Shown: positions 8,677 to 17,800, numbered from the stretch's first letter. The stretch: 32,000 bases of DNA from Staphylothermus hellenicus DSM 12710 (GCF_000092465.1 NC_014205.1:360001-392000); one strand, 5' to 3'. Translations and numbers: made by a program. Notes: generated from the sequence alone by a model not told the origin.

Positions 8677-8770
8677 TCAATATAGGGAATGAAAACCTAT
8701 ATAGACCTATCAAAACCTACTACACAGGTTGAATCCATAATTTTAAACTATAACTATATCTAAGCAATTT

Positions 8771-9346
8771 TTAGTCTATACCTCTCGATCTAAGCGCAGT
8801 TGTTATTTCTTCTATTCTCATAATTGTTATTCTTATTGCTTCGAACACGAGTAGGAAATGGTTATATATATTAAATCCAGGCTCCCATCCCCTAGCCTTC
8901 TTAGATTTTATTACTTCGTATAGTTCAGATACTGTATTGTGGAGCATGAGCAATGATAGGGTGAATACGTTTCTTCCCAAATACTTGTAGAGTTGTTGAA
9001 TAGGTGTTGTAGCGTAGAATAGTAGAATGTATATGAAGCTTGTGTATCCGAAAAATAATGTTGCAACTATTCTATAACTTAATGTGCCTGCTAAGTAATC
9101 CACTAACACTATGAGTAGTGCTGGAGGGATATAGATTAGTAAACTATACAGGATTATTCTATACTCTCTAATTAATAAGAAATGAATAATGCCGATTAAT
9201 GCTAGGAGAATATATACATATATATTTATATATAGGAATGATAAAGCAACAATTATTAATAAGGCGATCTTGTAGGGAAACATTTTTTCTCTATGAAGAA
9301 AAGAATCCTTAAACTGTATATGATAAGCTTCAACGATAACCGCCAC
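8771..9346 (-). CDS. ecfT: ECF transporter transmembrane (T) component, CbiQ/EcfT family
   Basis: Polytopic membrane protein ending in ITTALRSRGID (conserved Ala-Arg-Gly region). Overlaps the upstream ATPase gene by 17 nt. Short at 191 aa. Confidence 0.7.
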   Translation of the reverse strand: MAVIVEAYHIQFKDSFLHREKMFPYKIALLIIVALSFLYINIYVYILLALIGIIHFLLIREYRIILYSLLIYIPPALLIVLVDYLAGTLSYRIVATLFFGYTSFIYILLFYATTPIQQLYKYLGRNVFTLSLLMLHNTVSELYEVIKSKKARGWEPGFNIYNHFLLVFEAIRITIMRIEEITTALRSRGID

Positions 9347-10049
9347 AGATCATCGACCTCGCTAAAACCCCGGCATTTACAAGTTCATCGTCGGAAAGCC
9401 TGTGCCAATCATTTACTATAAGTTCGCCTTTCCTAGTTATTAACAAGTATTTGTCAGGTTTTAGCTGATCCATTAATGGTACTTGGTGAGTAGAGACTAT
9501 TACGAGTTTTCCTCTCCTTCTAGCCTCTCTTATTATTTCTAATAATGATACTGTTCCCTCGTAATCTAGATCGTTGAATGGCTCGTCAAGCAACCATATA
9601 TCTTGATCTCCTACGAGAACACTTGCAATACTAACTCTCTTCGCTTCTCCTCCGCTCAGCATGTATGGGTTTTTCTCATATAGTTCTCTGGGAACAAGTT
9701 TCTCAACTATTTCCCAATTACCCCTAGCACCTGTTGTTCTCAGAATAAATTTGATCTCATCTATTACTCGTGCTTCTACGAATCCATAGTAGGGGTTTTG
9801 CCATGTATAAGCTATGTATTTGGCTGCCTCTTTTCTTTTCAACTTGTATGGTTCGAAATTATTAATTAAAACCCTACCCTCTAGAGGATTTATTAAACCA
9901 GCTATTGTTTTTAGAAGAGTTGTTTTTCCACTACCATTAGCTCCTAATAATATGTGGAGGCCTTTTTGGATCCTGAAAAATATATTTTGTAGGATAGGTT
10001 TTTCTCTTCGATACCCTATGCTTAGTTTTTCAGCAATTATTTCCGGCAA
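9330..10049 (-). CDS. ecfA: ECF/ABC transporter ATP-binding protein (EcfA/CbiO-like)
   Basis: Walker A GANGSGKTT, signature LSGGEAKR, Walker B WLLDEP. Confidence 0.85.
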   Translation of the reverse strand: MPEIIAEKLSIGYRREKPILQNIFFRIQKGLHILLGANGSGKTTLLKTIAGLINPLEGRVLINNFEPYKLKRKEAAKYIAYTWQNPYYGFVEARVIDEIKFILRTTGARGNWEIVEKLVPRELYEKNPYMLSGGEAKRVSIASVLVGDQDIWLLDEPFNDLDYEGTVSLLEIIREARRRGKLVIVSTHQVPLMDQLKPDKYLLITRKGELIVNDWHRLSDDELVNAGVLARSMICGGYR

Positions 10050-10055
10050 TTCTTC

Positions 10056-10547
10056 TTAACCTCTTAATCGTTTAAAAGCACCATATATTATTGTGCCGCC
10101 TATGCCTATGCTTATCACTTCACCGATCAATACATATATTATGACCATCCATGGTATGCCGAATACTAGGTATAACTCGCCGTATCCGATTACAAGCGTA
10201 ATAGCGATTATAGCTAGTATTTCACCGATTACCAGGCCAACTATGTTTTCGCCAAAGATCTTCTTTGAAGCATAAACACCTAAAGCGGCTAGGAAATTAG
10301 CAATTGGACCAAAAACCCAGTCAATATATCCGAATGGGCTCGCTAAATTAGCTAGAAACCCACCAATGGTTAATCCTACCACGGCATCCCAGCCAAAACC
10401 TGCTAGGAACGGCAATATTAGCATTGCATCACTTATTCTAACCTGTATCTCGCCATATGCTAGTGGTCCTAAAGCTATTGTTAAAGCAGCATATACAGCA
10501 GCTATTACTGAGAGTCTCGCAGCCATTATTGAAAACTTAGCAGACAC
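10056..10547 (-). CDS. queT: QueT-family substrate-capture (S) component, 7-deazapurine precursor transporter
   Basis: AAVYAALTIALGPLAYGEIQVRISDAMLILPF matches my recollection of the QueT (COG4708) signature. 5-6 TM helices. GGTGA-N6-GTG start at 10547. Confidence 0.7.
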   Translation of the reverse strand: MSAKFSIMAARLSVIAAVYAALTIALGPLAYGEIQVRISDAMLILPFLAGFGWDAVVGLTIGGFLANLASPFGYIDWVFGPIANFLAALGVYASKKIFGENIVGLVIGEILAIIAITLVIGYGELYLVFGIPWMVIIYVLIGEVISIGIGGTIIYGAFKRLRG

Positions 10548-10646
10548 TTTTACTCACCTAGCCATGGATCTTTACTGTTAATACTTCATAATAATATAAT
10601 AATAGAAACAACTATGGTTATTAAAGTTAATCATATACAAAACATA

Positions 10647-10958
10647 CTAAATATTATTCTCTTCTCTACTGTTAGGTGAAAATAATGTATTCCATGATAA
10701 AACATTTTTAAGAAGATTCATTACATCAAGCATCTCCAATGCTTTATCCTCGTATATTTCGATTATTCTTTTCCTTAACTTATTGGGTAGTCTTCTTCTC
10801 CAAAGAATTATTCTCAGCATAATCGTTGATATACTGAGCCGTATTAGAAGGATTAAGTAAATATAGGTAAGGTATACTATTATTTGGGAAATTATGCCTA
10901 GGATTGTATCTATTAATTCAAGTATTTCTCTTATCTTCTTTAATCCATATAGATTCAT
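10647..10958 (-). CDS. small membrane protein (hypothetical)
   Basis: 103-aa ORF with a long hydrophobic stretch. Starts 3 nt after the stop of the upstream gene, so likely co-transcribed. Confidence 0.45.
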   Translation of the reverse strand: MNLYGLKKIREILELIDTILGIISQIIVYLTYIYLILLIRLSISTIMLRIILWRRRLPNKLRKRIIEIYEDKALEMLDVMNLLKNVLSWNTLFSPNSREENNI

Positions 10959-10961
10959 AGC

Positions 10962-11408
10962 TCAGCTCTTCCAATTTCTGCTTATACAGCGAGCCAACAT
11001 ATAGAGGTGCTTATTCGGCAACTTAGTTGAAACAACCATTCCCATATCCTCAAGGATCTCTAGCTTCTCCGCTATAATTCTCCTAGAAGCCTTACCACGT
11101 ATAGCCCTTACTCTCCTTGTTATCTCCGATACACTGAGCTTTTCACATGTCGATAAAGATTCTATTATTGCTTTGCTTATCTCGTCAAGACCTGTTCTCG
11201 CACTAAATATTTCTAATACACGCTTCGATGATTCAAGTGCAATTATGGGTGGAAGACTTAGAGCGGAAACAAGCATATTAGCTATTCTCAGCTCTGAAGA
11301 ATCTATCCCCATTAAGCGGAGCTTCTCCTCCAACATGTTTATCTTCAGTAATACTTTCTCTAGTAGTTGCTCTATTTTTTCAAGTCTTTCCTCAACCTCA
11401 CTATTCAA
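10962..11408 (-). CDS. coiled-coil plus winged-helix (ArsR/TrmB-like) putative DNA-binding protein
   Basis: N-terminal heptad-like EERLEKIEQLLEKVLLKINMLEEKL. C-terminal LSVSEITRRV...IAEKLEILEDMGMVVS resembles a wHTH. Confidence 0.5.
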   Translation of the reverse strand: MNSEVEERLEKIEQLLEKVLLKINMLEEKLRLMGIDSSELRIANMLVSALSLPPIIALESSKRVLEIFSARTGLDEISKAIIESLSTCEKLSVSEITRRVRAIRGKASRRIIAEKLEILEDMGMVVSTKLPNKHLYMLARCISRNWKS

Positions 11409-11489
11409 TTGATTTTACCTCTTCGATGAATTACCTTTTCTATTTGAATGATAAAAAACATTTATTGTTACTGGTGAGTAGAACAATAG

Positions 11490-11882
11490 TTATTTTTCAT
11501 TTTCATTTTTGTCTTCTTCTTTTTCTCCTTCACCTTGTTCCTCGAGACCTGCTCCTTTAATGCTGAAGGGTATTTCTGGGTGTTTCATTGATGTGAATTG
11601 TTTCATTAATGATCCTATATCTGGGATAGTGCTTAGTCTTTTCTTGAAGTATTCTTCGGTCATTTTTATCGCTAAATCCTCGGGTAACCCTTTATTTTTC
11701 AGTGATTCATAAAAGGATGCAACATCCTCACCTAGTTTCTTACCGCTTATACTGTCTACTAGTGTTGTGAGTAGTTCTTTAACTGTATCCTTTAGCTTGT
11801 TTATGAATTCGGCAACGGCTTCCAGTTCTTGCTTAGTCGTTTCCGCTTCGATCATTTCTTCTTCACTGGTTTTTTCAGACAT
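11490..11882 (-). CDS. acidic hypothetical protein (130 aa)
   Basis: Intact ORF with a Glu/Lys-rich low-complexity C-terminal tail. No motif recognised. Confidence 0.45.
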   Translation of the reverse strand: MSEKTSEEEMIEAETTKQELEAVAEFINKLKDTVKELLTTLVDSISGKKLGEDVASFYESLKNKGLPEDLAIKMTEEYFKKRLSTIPDIGSLMKQFTSMKHPEIPFSIKGAGLEEQGEGEKEEDKNENEK

Positions 11883-12010
11883 TGTTTTTCACCGGTTTAT
11901 TGTTTGTATTGTCTAAGTATTTACCTTTTTATTTTAAGAAGTGGTCAGTGATCTCTTGGTTTGTGAACAATTAGGTGTGTGGAAAAAAGTAGTGATTAGA
12001 AAAGTTTTAT

Positions 12011-12631
12011 TCATAGCTCTATGTTTGCATGCTCGTTTTTAAGGTCTTCCTCTGTTTTTCCTAGTTTCTTCATTAATTCAACAACTATTCCATCCAGGAA
12101 AACCATTGTTGTGTCTTCGAATAGTGTTCCTAGCGGGGCTAATGGCTCATGTATTCCTAGTATCTGCCTGGTGAAATAGTCTTCTTCTTTGGCAATCTTT
12201 GTTCTACCTGGTACACGAACTATTATGTCTGCTATTTTACCTAGTGGGCTGTCCGGGTAGGTTGTGATAGCTATGACTTTTGCACCAACCATTTTTGCTG
12301 CTTCAGCTGCTGTTACTATTAGTCTTGTACGGCCAGAACCAGATATTGCTACTACAAGGTCTCCTTCTCTTATTCTTGGAACAATTGTTTCTCCAAGCAC
12401 ATATACTTGGAAGCCAATGTGTAGAAGTCTCATAGCAAAGGCTTTACCGACTAATCCGCTCCTACCAGCACCCATCACCAATATACGGGCTCCTCTACGA
12501 TAAGCATCGACTAGTTCTTCAGTCATTTTATTCTTTTCTTCTTCGCTGATAACATTTATTGCTTTAAAAATAAAATTAGCGATTTCAGCCATTGCCTCCT
12601 TAGCGAATCCTTCAACCAATGCTGACACCAT
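12011..12631 (-). CDS. SIS-domain sugar-phosphate isomerase, 6-phospho-3-hexuloisomerase-like
   Basis: [20 protein letters not shown]...[10 protein letters not shown]...AKVIAIT is the SIS fold pattern typical of PHI (RuMP pathway). Confidence 0.7.
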   Translation of the reverse strand: MVSALVEGFAKEAMAEIANFIFKAINVISEEEKNKMTEELVDAYRRGARILVMGAGRSGLVGKAFAMRLLHIGFQVYVLGETIVPRIREGDLVVAISGSGRTRLIVTAAEAAKMVGAKVIAITTYPDSPLGKIADIIVRVPGRTKIAKEEDYFTRQILGIHEPLAPLGTLFEDTTMVFLDGIVVELMKKLGKTEEDLKNEHANIEL

Positions 12632-12711
12632 ACATAAGCAAGGCTGTGTTTTCCATAGAAGATATACGTTGAAAAGTAATTAAATAAGTATCCTATACAA
12701 TAATTATATGT

Positions 12712-12790
12712 GCCCCCGCTTCCTCACACCCCTGGAGACCCCGGAATAAGAGGGGTATGGATATGAAGGGGGTCGGTCGGGCGGGGGACA
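12712..12790 (+). ncRNA. candidate H/ACA-type pseudouridylation guide sRNA (single hairpin)
   Basis: GC-rich island. 7-bp lower stem 12713-12719/12781-12787 immediately followed by ACA (12788-12790). Internal pocket TTCCTCACA / TCGGTCGG. Upper stem CCCC(T)/(A)GGGG with GA-GA K-turn-like internal loop. Apical stem 12739-12742/12752-12755. 15 nt from pocket top to ACA. TATA-like TTAAATAA ~25-30 nt upstream. Confidence 0.5.
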
Positions 12791-13714
12791 TTATTTCCTA
12801 GCTAATAATGGATGATTGCGTATTAGATGTGTTCCATCACAGCTTGGAGCCTTAAAGTATTCCCGCCCTAATCCTTCTCTACAAGTTGCTACTGTTAATC
12901 CATTTCTTAACCCATATTCTATGACTGGTTTAAGGATTCTTGCACGTATATTTCTGGGCAGATATATGTATCCATGTATCTTTTCTCCTTTTTCAACATA
13001 TAGTTTTCTCCAGTATTCTTCATGTTCGGGGAAAGCATTGATCATTCTCTTAAAATTATCCCACCTAGCCTTATATGTGGATGTTACAATATGCTTTGCA
13101 CCAGCATTAGCTATTTCCTCTATTAACTCCTTGATCTCCAGAGGATCATCGTTTATTCCGGGAATTATTGGATCAATCCTTACACCTACGGGCAGGTTTT
13201 TCTCAGATAACAGTTTTACAGCTCTTATCCTCTTAGTGGGTGGAGGCGCTCCTGGTTCAAGTTTCCTAGCTAAATCATCATTTAGTGTTGTAATAGTTAA
13301 CATTACTGCTGAAGGAGTTTTCAACAATAGATCATAGTCTCGAACTACAATATCCGACTTAGTAGTTATCAATACTTTGATTCTATTCTGAACAAGCAAC
13401 TCTAATGTTTTACGTGTAAGCATCATCCAAGACTCTAAGGGTGGATAAGGATCACTGCTTGTACTCATCTCAACAACTAGGTTCTTATTTATTCTCGGCA
13501 AATCATGTTTTAGGTTTCTCAAAAAATTCTTCTTAGGCATGCTGGGTTTTCTACCAATATACGATGTAGCATAGCAGTATAAGCAGAAATGACTACATCC
13601 AGTATAGGGGTGTAAACTATATTTACGCGGACAAGTACATAACGGGTTTTTCCACGGATCAAATAATCTAATAACTTTTAAATAAACCATGCTAAACATC
13701 ACCATAAAAAACAA
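12791..13714 (-). CDS. radical SAM protein (SplB-like / COG1533-type)
   Basis: CSHFCLYCYA is a CxxxCxxC radical SAM motif in an ~300-aa TIM-barrel-sized protein. The true start may be an internal Met (MVYLKV...). Confidence 0.75.
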   Translation of the reverse strand: MFFMVMFSMVYLKVIRLFDPWKNPLCTCPRKYSLHPYTGCSHFCLYCYATSYIGRKPSMPKKNFLRNLKHDLPRINKNLVVEMSTSSDPYPPLESWMMLTRKTLELLVQNRIKVLITTKSDIVVRDYDLLLKTPSAVMLTITTLNDDLARKLEPGAPPPTKRIRAVKLLSEKNLPVGVRIDPIIPGINDDPLEIKELIEEIANAGAKHIVTSTYKARWDNFKRMINAFPEHEEYWRKLYVEKGEKIHGYIYLPRNIRARILKPVIEYGLRNGLTVATCREGLGREYFKAPSCDGTHLIRNHPLLARK

Positions 13715-13795
13715 CTATTACACAAAAACTATTTAATATAAATAATATCCAAAAAATAAGAATAGTTTGTTCTCAGCATTTATGGGTTGATATTT

Positions 13796-14374
13796 ATGGA
13801 TGTTGCTAAGAAGATTCTCGAATACACTGTTAAATGCCCTGTTTGCGGCTCAGAAATGAAGGTCGAGGAGTATCTATACGATATGCCTCTTGTAGGAAAA
13901 GTTATTATTAGTAGTGGTAGGTGTCAACGTTGTGGATATAAATGGAGCGATGCTAGGCTAGCTGAGAGTAGAGGGCCTAGGAAAATAATTTATAGAGTCG
14001 AGAAGCCGGGAGATGAAAATGCATTGGTTATTAGAGCTTCTACAGCCTCCATAATTATACCTGAGCTAGGAGTAGAGATCAAGCCTGGACCAGCTGCTCT
14101 AGGCTATATAACAACGGTTGAGGGATTAATCATGGATATTATTGAGAAAACAGAGTTCATATGTAGCGAGCCAGATGCTCCGCTGGATGAATGTAAGAAA
14201 AAACTTGACCAGCTGAGAAAAGCACGTGATGGATTAATCAAGTATACAATCATAATAATTGATCCTGGAGGGGTTTCAACAATTGTCAGTGATAAAAAAC
14301 GAGAAGAACCGTTGAGCATTGAAGAAACCAATGCTTTAGAGAAAGAAGTTTCTGGGAATGGTTTCTCAAAATAA
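13796..14374 (+). CDS. ZPR1-type zinc finger protein (single module, archaeal)
   Basis: CPVCGSEM...-CQRCGY zinc ribbon followed by a ZPR1-like beta domain. The ORF opens at TTG 13787, and the first ATG is at 13796. Confidence 0.7.
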   Translation: MDVAKKILEYTVKCPVCGSEMKVEEYLYDMPLVGKVIISSGRCQRCGYKWSDARLAESRGPRKIIYRVEKPGDENALVIRASTASIIIPELGVEIKPGPAALGYITTVEGLIMDIIEKTEFICSEPDAPLDECKKKLDQLRKARDGLIKYTIIIIDPGGVSTIVSDKKREEPLSIEETNALEKEVSGNGFSK

Positions 14375-14426
14375 TAATTATAAGAAATAGGAAAAGAGAG
14401 GAGAGAAGATAAGAAAAGGTTCTTGT

Positions 14427-16244
14427 TTACTTATTGATTAAAGGCATTAGCTTTGCTTCTCTAACATTCACTAATCCTTTATCTGTCAATCTTATCTCTG
14501 GTATAACCGGCAAAGCTACTAGTGCTAGAGTCATGAAGAATGATTCAAATTCTAATCCATACCTCTCCATTAACTCTTTTGTTATTTTCTTGTATTTCTC
14601 ATAAACTGTTTCAGGCTCTTCTATACTCATAAGACCAGCTAATCTAAGTGGTAGTTCACCTATTATCTTGCCTTTATCAACAACTACTATTCCTCCCTGT
14701 ATCTCTACTATTCTCTTCACGGCTCTGCTCATGTCTTCGGGATTGTTTCCTGCAACGATCAAGTTATGTGTATCATGTGCTATTGTCTGAGCTATTGCTC
14801 CTGCTTTAAAGCCTAGTCCTTTAATGAATCCTTTCCCCATGCTACCCGATGCTTTATGCCGATCTATTACTGCTGCATAAATTATATCCCTACTAGGATC
14901 AGCTAATACCTTATAATCCTTTACTGCTAATTCTTCTACAACATGCTTTGTTAATGCTGAACCAGGAGTTACTCCTATAATGTTTACCTCTACTATTCCT
15001 TCTCTATTATTTATTCTTGGAATGAATTCTTGGGGGCCAGGTGTTTTCGCTAATTTAACAGTGTTTAAGGCTTCTTCTGGGTATTTGTAGTTATTAAATG
15101 TTTTCCTTGATTCTCCTTTATAATATATTATTTCACCACTGGCTATTACAGTGTGTGGCTTAATGTATTCGATGTTTTTAGATAAAACTATATCTGCTAA
15201 TCTAGCTGGTCCCACCACGCCTACATGATCCTCGAGATGTATACGCGTTGCCGGACCAATTGTCGCTAGCTGGATCGCTTTTACAGGGTCTACGCCGTAC
15301 TCTATTGCTATATTGATTATTCTATCCATATGGCCTTTCTCCATTAAGTCAACGACGTTTATATCGTCTGATGCGAAGCTGAGAAATCTATGATCAATGG
15401 AGTGATCTTTTATTAGTGGTAGAAGTGCTTTTAGATCCTTCCATGCACTACCTTCCCTGATAAACACATACATGCCTTTCCGGGCTTTCTCGAGTGCTTC
15501 TTCATATATTGTGGATTCATGATCGCTCCATATACCTGCATCTATGTAGGCATCTAGCTCGGCCCCCCTAAGTAATGGTGCGTGTCCATTAACTATTAAC
15601 CCGTATCTATGCGCGACCCGTATCTTTTCGAGAACAGCCTTATTGGCATTCAGTATACTGATGAAATCCATAACTTCTCCTAAACCAATTGTTCCTTCCA
15701 GCGCTGCTAGCTTTTCTACCTCATCAACACCTATAATATTAGCAGTTGTTTCAAGACCATAGCTTGGATCTGTTGCTGGTACACAGCTTGGTATGTCTAT
15801 GAGTATTTTCAACGGTAGGTTTCTTGCTTCATCTATAAATATTTCTACGCCTCTACTGCCTAGAACATTTCCAATTTCATGCGGATCCGCTACAACTGTT
15901 GTAGTTCCATGTTTTAACGCTAACTTAGCGAAGCCATGGGGTGTTAGAAGGCTTGACTCTATATGTATATGTGGATCTATGAATCCAGGCATTGCATAAT
16001 TGTTTTCACCATCTATTACAAGGGTGTTTTTACCTATGAATCGGTGTAGTTCACTATATTTTCCTGCCCCAGCTATTCTTTTACCGCTTATAATTATTGA
16101 TGCATTATCCAGTATTTCCCCTGTAGGCGCTAGGACTAGGTTTACATTGCTAATAACTATGTCTGCTGGTTTTTTACCGGTAATTGTTTGTATAAGGCTT
16201 ATTCTCTCATCTACATCGTAGTGGAAGATTCGTGGAAGAACCAA
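14427..16244 (-). CDS. ade: adenine deaminase
   Basis: PGFIDPHIHIESS metal-binding motif and ~600-aa length are typical of amidohydrolase-family adenine deaminase. TTG start. Confidence 0.85.
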   Translation of the reverse strand: MVLPRIFHYDVDERISLIQTITGKKPADIVISNVNLVLAPTGEILDNASIIISGKRIAGAGKYSELHRFIGKNTLVIDGENNYAMPGFIDPHIHIESSLLTPHGFAKLALKHGTTTVVADPHEIGNVLGSRGVEIFIDEARNLPLKILIDIPSCVPATDPSYGLETTANIIGVDEVEKLAALEGTIGLGEVMDFISILNANKAVLEKIRVAHRYGLIVNGHAPLLRGAELDAYIDAGIWSDHESTIYEEALEKARKGMYVFIREGSAWKDLKALLPLIKDHSIDHRFLSFASDDINVVDLMEKGHMDRIINIAIEYGVDPVKAIQLATIGPATRIHLEDHVGVVGPARLADIVLSKNIEYIKPHTVIASGEIIYYKGESRKTFNNYKYPEEALNTVKLAKTPGPQEFIPRINNREGIVEVNIIGVTPGSALTKHVVEELAVKDYKVLADPSRDIIYAAVIDRHKASGSMGKGFIKGLGFKAGAIAQTIAHDTHNLIVAGNNPEDMSRAVKRIVEIQGGIVVVDKGKIIGELPLRLAGLMSIEEPETVYEKYKKITKELMERYGLEFESFFMTLALVALPVIPEIRLTDKGLVNVREAKLMPLINK

Positions 16245-16313
16245 TCTTCTAATCCACCATTCCCTTTTTATTATTCTTAAAGCATAGAATATTATAAATT
16301 ATACTATTAAACA

Positions 16314-16325
16314 CTGTTTAAACAG
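16314..16325. promoter_or_regulatory. perfect 12-bp palindrome CTGTTTAAACAG in the divergent promoter region of the two deaminase genes
   Basis: Read directly and self-complementary. Lies between gene starts at 16244 (-) and 16392 (+). Confidence 0.3.
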
Positions 16326-16391
16326 CATCTATTTTATTGATAGATACCATATATACCAATATATACAGTGTCTTAGTCTGAGGCGAAGTAT

Positions 16392-17792
16392 ATGGCGGAT
16401 ATCTATATTCGAGGCGGCTGGATCATAACCATGGATCCTAGGCGTAGAATAATACGGGATGGAGCAGTTGCTGTTGAAGATGGCTATATAAAAGCAGTTG
16501 GTAAACGCGAAGCGCTCGACAAAGATTATCGGTACCACAGCGATATCGTTATTGATGCTCAAAGAGACATAGTGTTGCCTGGACTAATAAATACACATGT
16601 ACACCTGGCTCAGGGGCTTCTAAGGGGATGTGCGGATTATCTCCCCCTTATTCCTTGGCTAAAGGATCGTGTATGGCCTCTTCAAGGAAACTATAAACCA
16701 GAAGAAGCTCTTGTATCAGCACAACTGGTTGTTGCTGAAATGCTGAGGACGGGGGCAACTACATTTCTAGAAACAGGTCTTGTTGGAAGATATGGGCCGG
16801 ACAATATTATTGAGTTCCTACATAAAAGCGGTATTAGAGCAGCTGTAGCTCGCCACGTAATGGATATGACTGGTTATGCTTTGGAGGAAAACATTCTCCA
16901 CGAGGGACTCGTGGAGCTGGGCGATATAAGTTTCAATGATACTATCAGGCTGTATCATGAATACCATGGATGGGATGATCGTATATGGATATGGTTTGGG
17001 CCGAGAACACCTGGTGCTGTAAGCGTTGAGCTATACAGGAAAATATCTGAGAAAGCTAGAGATCTAAATACAGGGATAACAATGCATTTAGCAGAGGTTA
17101 AAGCAGATGTTGAATACACAATGGCAAAGTTTGGGAAGAGACCAGTGGAGTTTGCCCACTGGGTTGGATTAACAGGTCCCAATGTTGTCCTAGTCCATGT
17201 TGTTTGGGCTAGTGATGAAGAAATAAAACTATTAGCAAAAACAAAGACTACTGTAAGCCATAATCCATGCTGTAACATGAAGCTTGCAAGCGGCGCTGCT
17301 AGAATAAGTGATATGTTGAGAGAAGGAGTAAATGTTGCATTAGGAACAGATGGTGGGCCAAGCAATAATGATTACGATCTACTAAGAGAAATGAAACATG
17401 CTGCACTACTACAGCCCCTCAGAACACTTGATGCTAAAGCAGTAAGAGCTGAGCAAATACTAGAAGCTGCAACGATTAATGGAGCTAAAGCATTAATGAT
17501 TGATAAAATGGTTGGAAGCATAGAGGTTGGTAAAAAAGCAGATATTATAGTAGTTGATTATTGGCAACCCCACCTTAAACCATTGAATAACCCGATATCA
17601 CACCTAGTATACAGTGCTATGGGTAGCGATGTAAAACACAGTATTATCGATGGAAAACTAGTGATGTTCGACCGGAAAATACTTACATTCAATGTTGATG
17701 AGGTTCTAGAAAAAGCAGATAAAGCAGCACATGATCTATACGAGAGAGCAGGTATATGTGTAGAACCGGATACGATATGGCCTATAGAGTAG
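16392..17792 (+). CDS. mtaD: amidohydrolase, 5-methylthioadenosine/S-adenosylhomocysteine (or 5'-deoxyadenosine) deaminase-like
   Basis: PGLINTHVHLAQ HxH motif, later HLAE and GTDG motifs. Architecture of the MtaD/DadD/guanine-deaminase-like subgroup. Confidence 0.75.
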   Translation: MADIYIRGGWIITMDPRRRIIRDGAVAVEDGYIKAVGKREALDKDYRYHSDIVIDAQRDIVLPGLINTHVHLAQGLLRGCADYLPLIPWLKDRVWPLQGNYKPEEALVSAQLVVAEMLRTGATTFLETGLVGRYGPDNIIEFLHKSGIRAAVARHVMDMTGYALEENILHEGLVELGDISFNDTIRLYHEYHGWDDRIWIWFGPRTPGAVSVELYRKISEKARDLNTGITMHLAEVKADVEYTMAKFGKRPVEFAHWVGLTGPNVVLVHVVWASDEEIKLLAKTKTTVSHNPCCNMKLASGAARISDMLREGVNVALGTDGGPSNNDYDLLREMKHAALLQPLRTLDAKAVRAEQILEAATINGAKALMIDKMVGSIEVGKKADIIVVDYWQPHLKPLNNPISHLVYSAMGSDVKHSIIDGKLVMFDRKILTFNVDEVLEKADKAAHDLYERAGICVEPDTIWPIE

Positions 17793-17800
17793 ATAAATCA

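Noticed and set aside
8560-8690. G-string elements that might be origin recognition boxes or a replication origin
   Set aside because: No ORB-like dyad (TCCAnnGGAAA-type), no repeated inverted copies, no adjacent orc1/cdc6 or whiP gene, and no flanking AT-rich unwinding element distinct from the general background.
10548-10646. Possible preQ1-type riboswitch in the queT leader
   Set aside because: The leader is uniformly AT-rich with no stable stem-loop or pseudoknot-like GC pairing. It looks like a plain promoter plus GGTGA SD.
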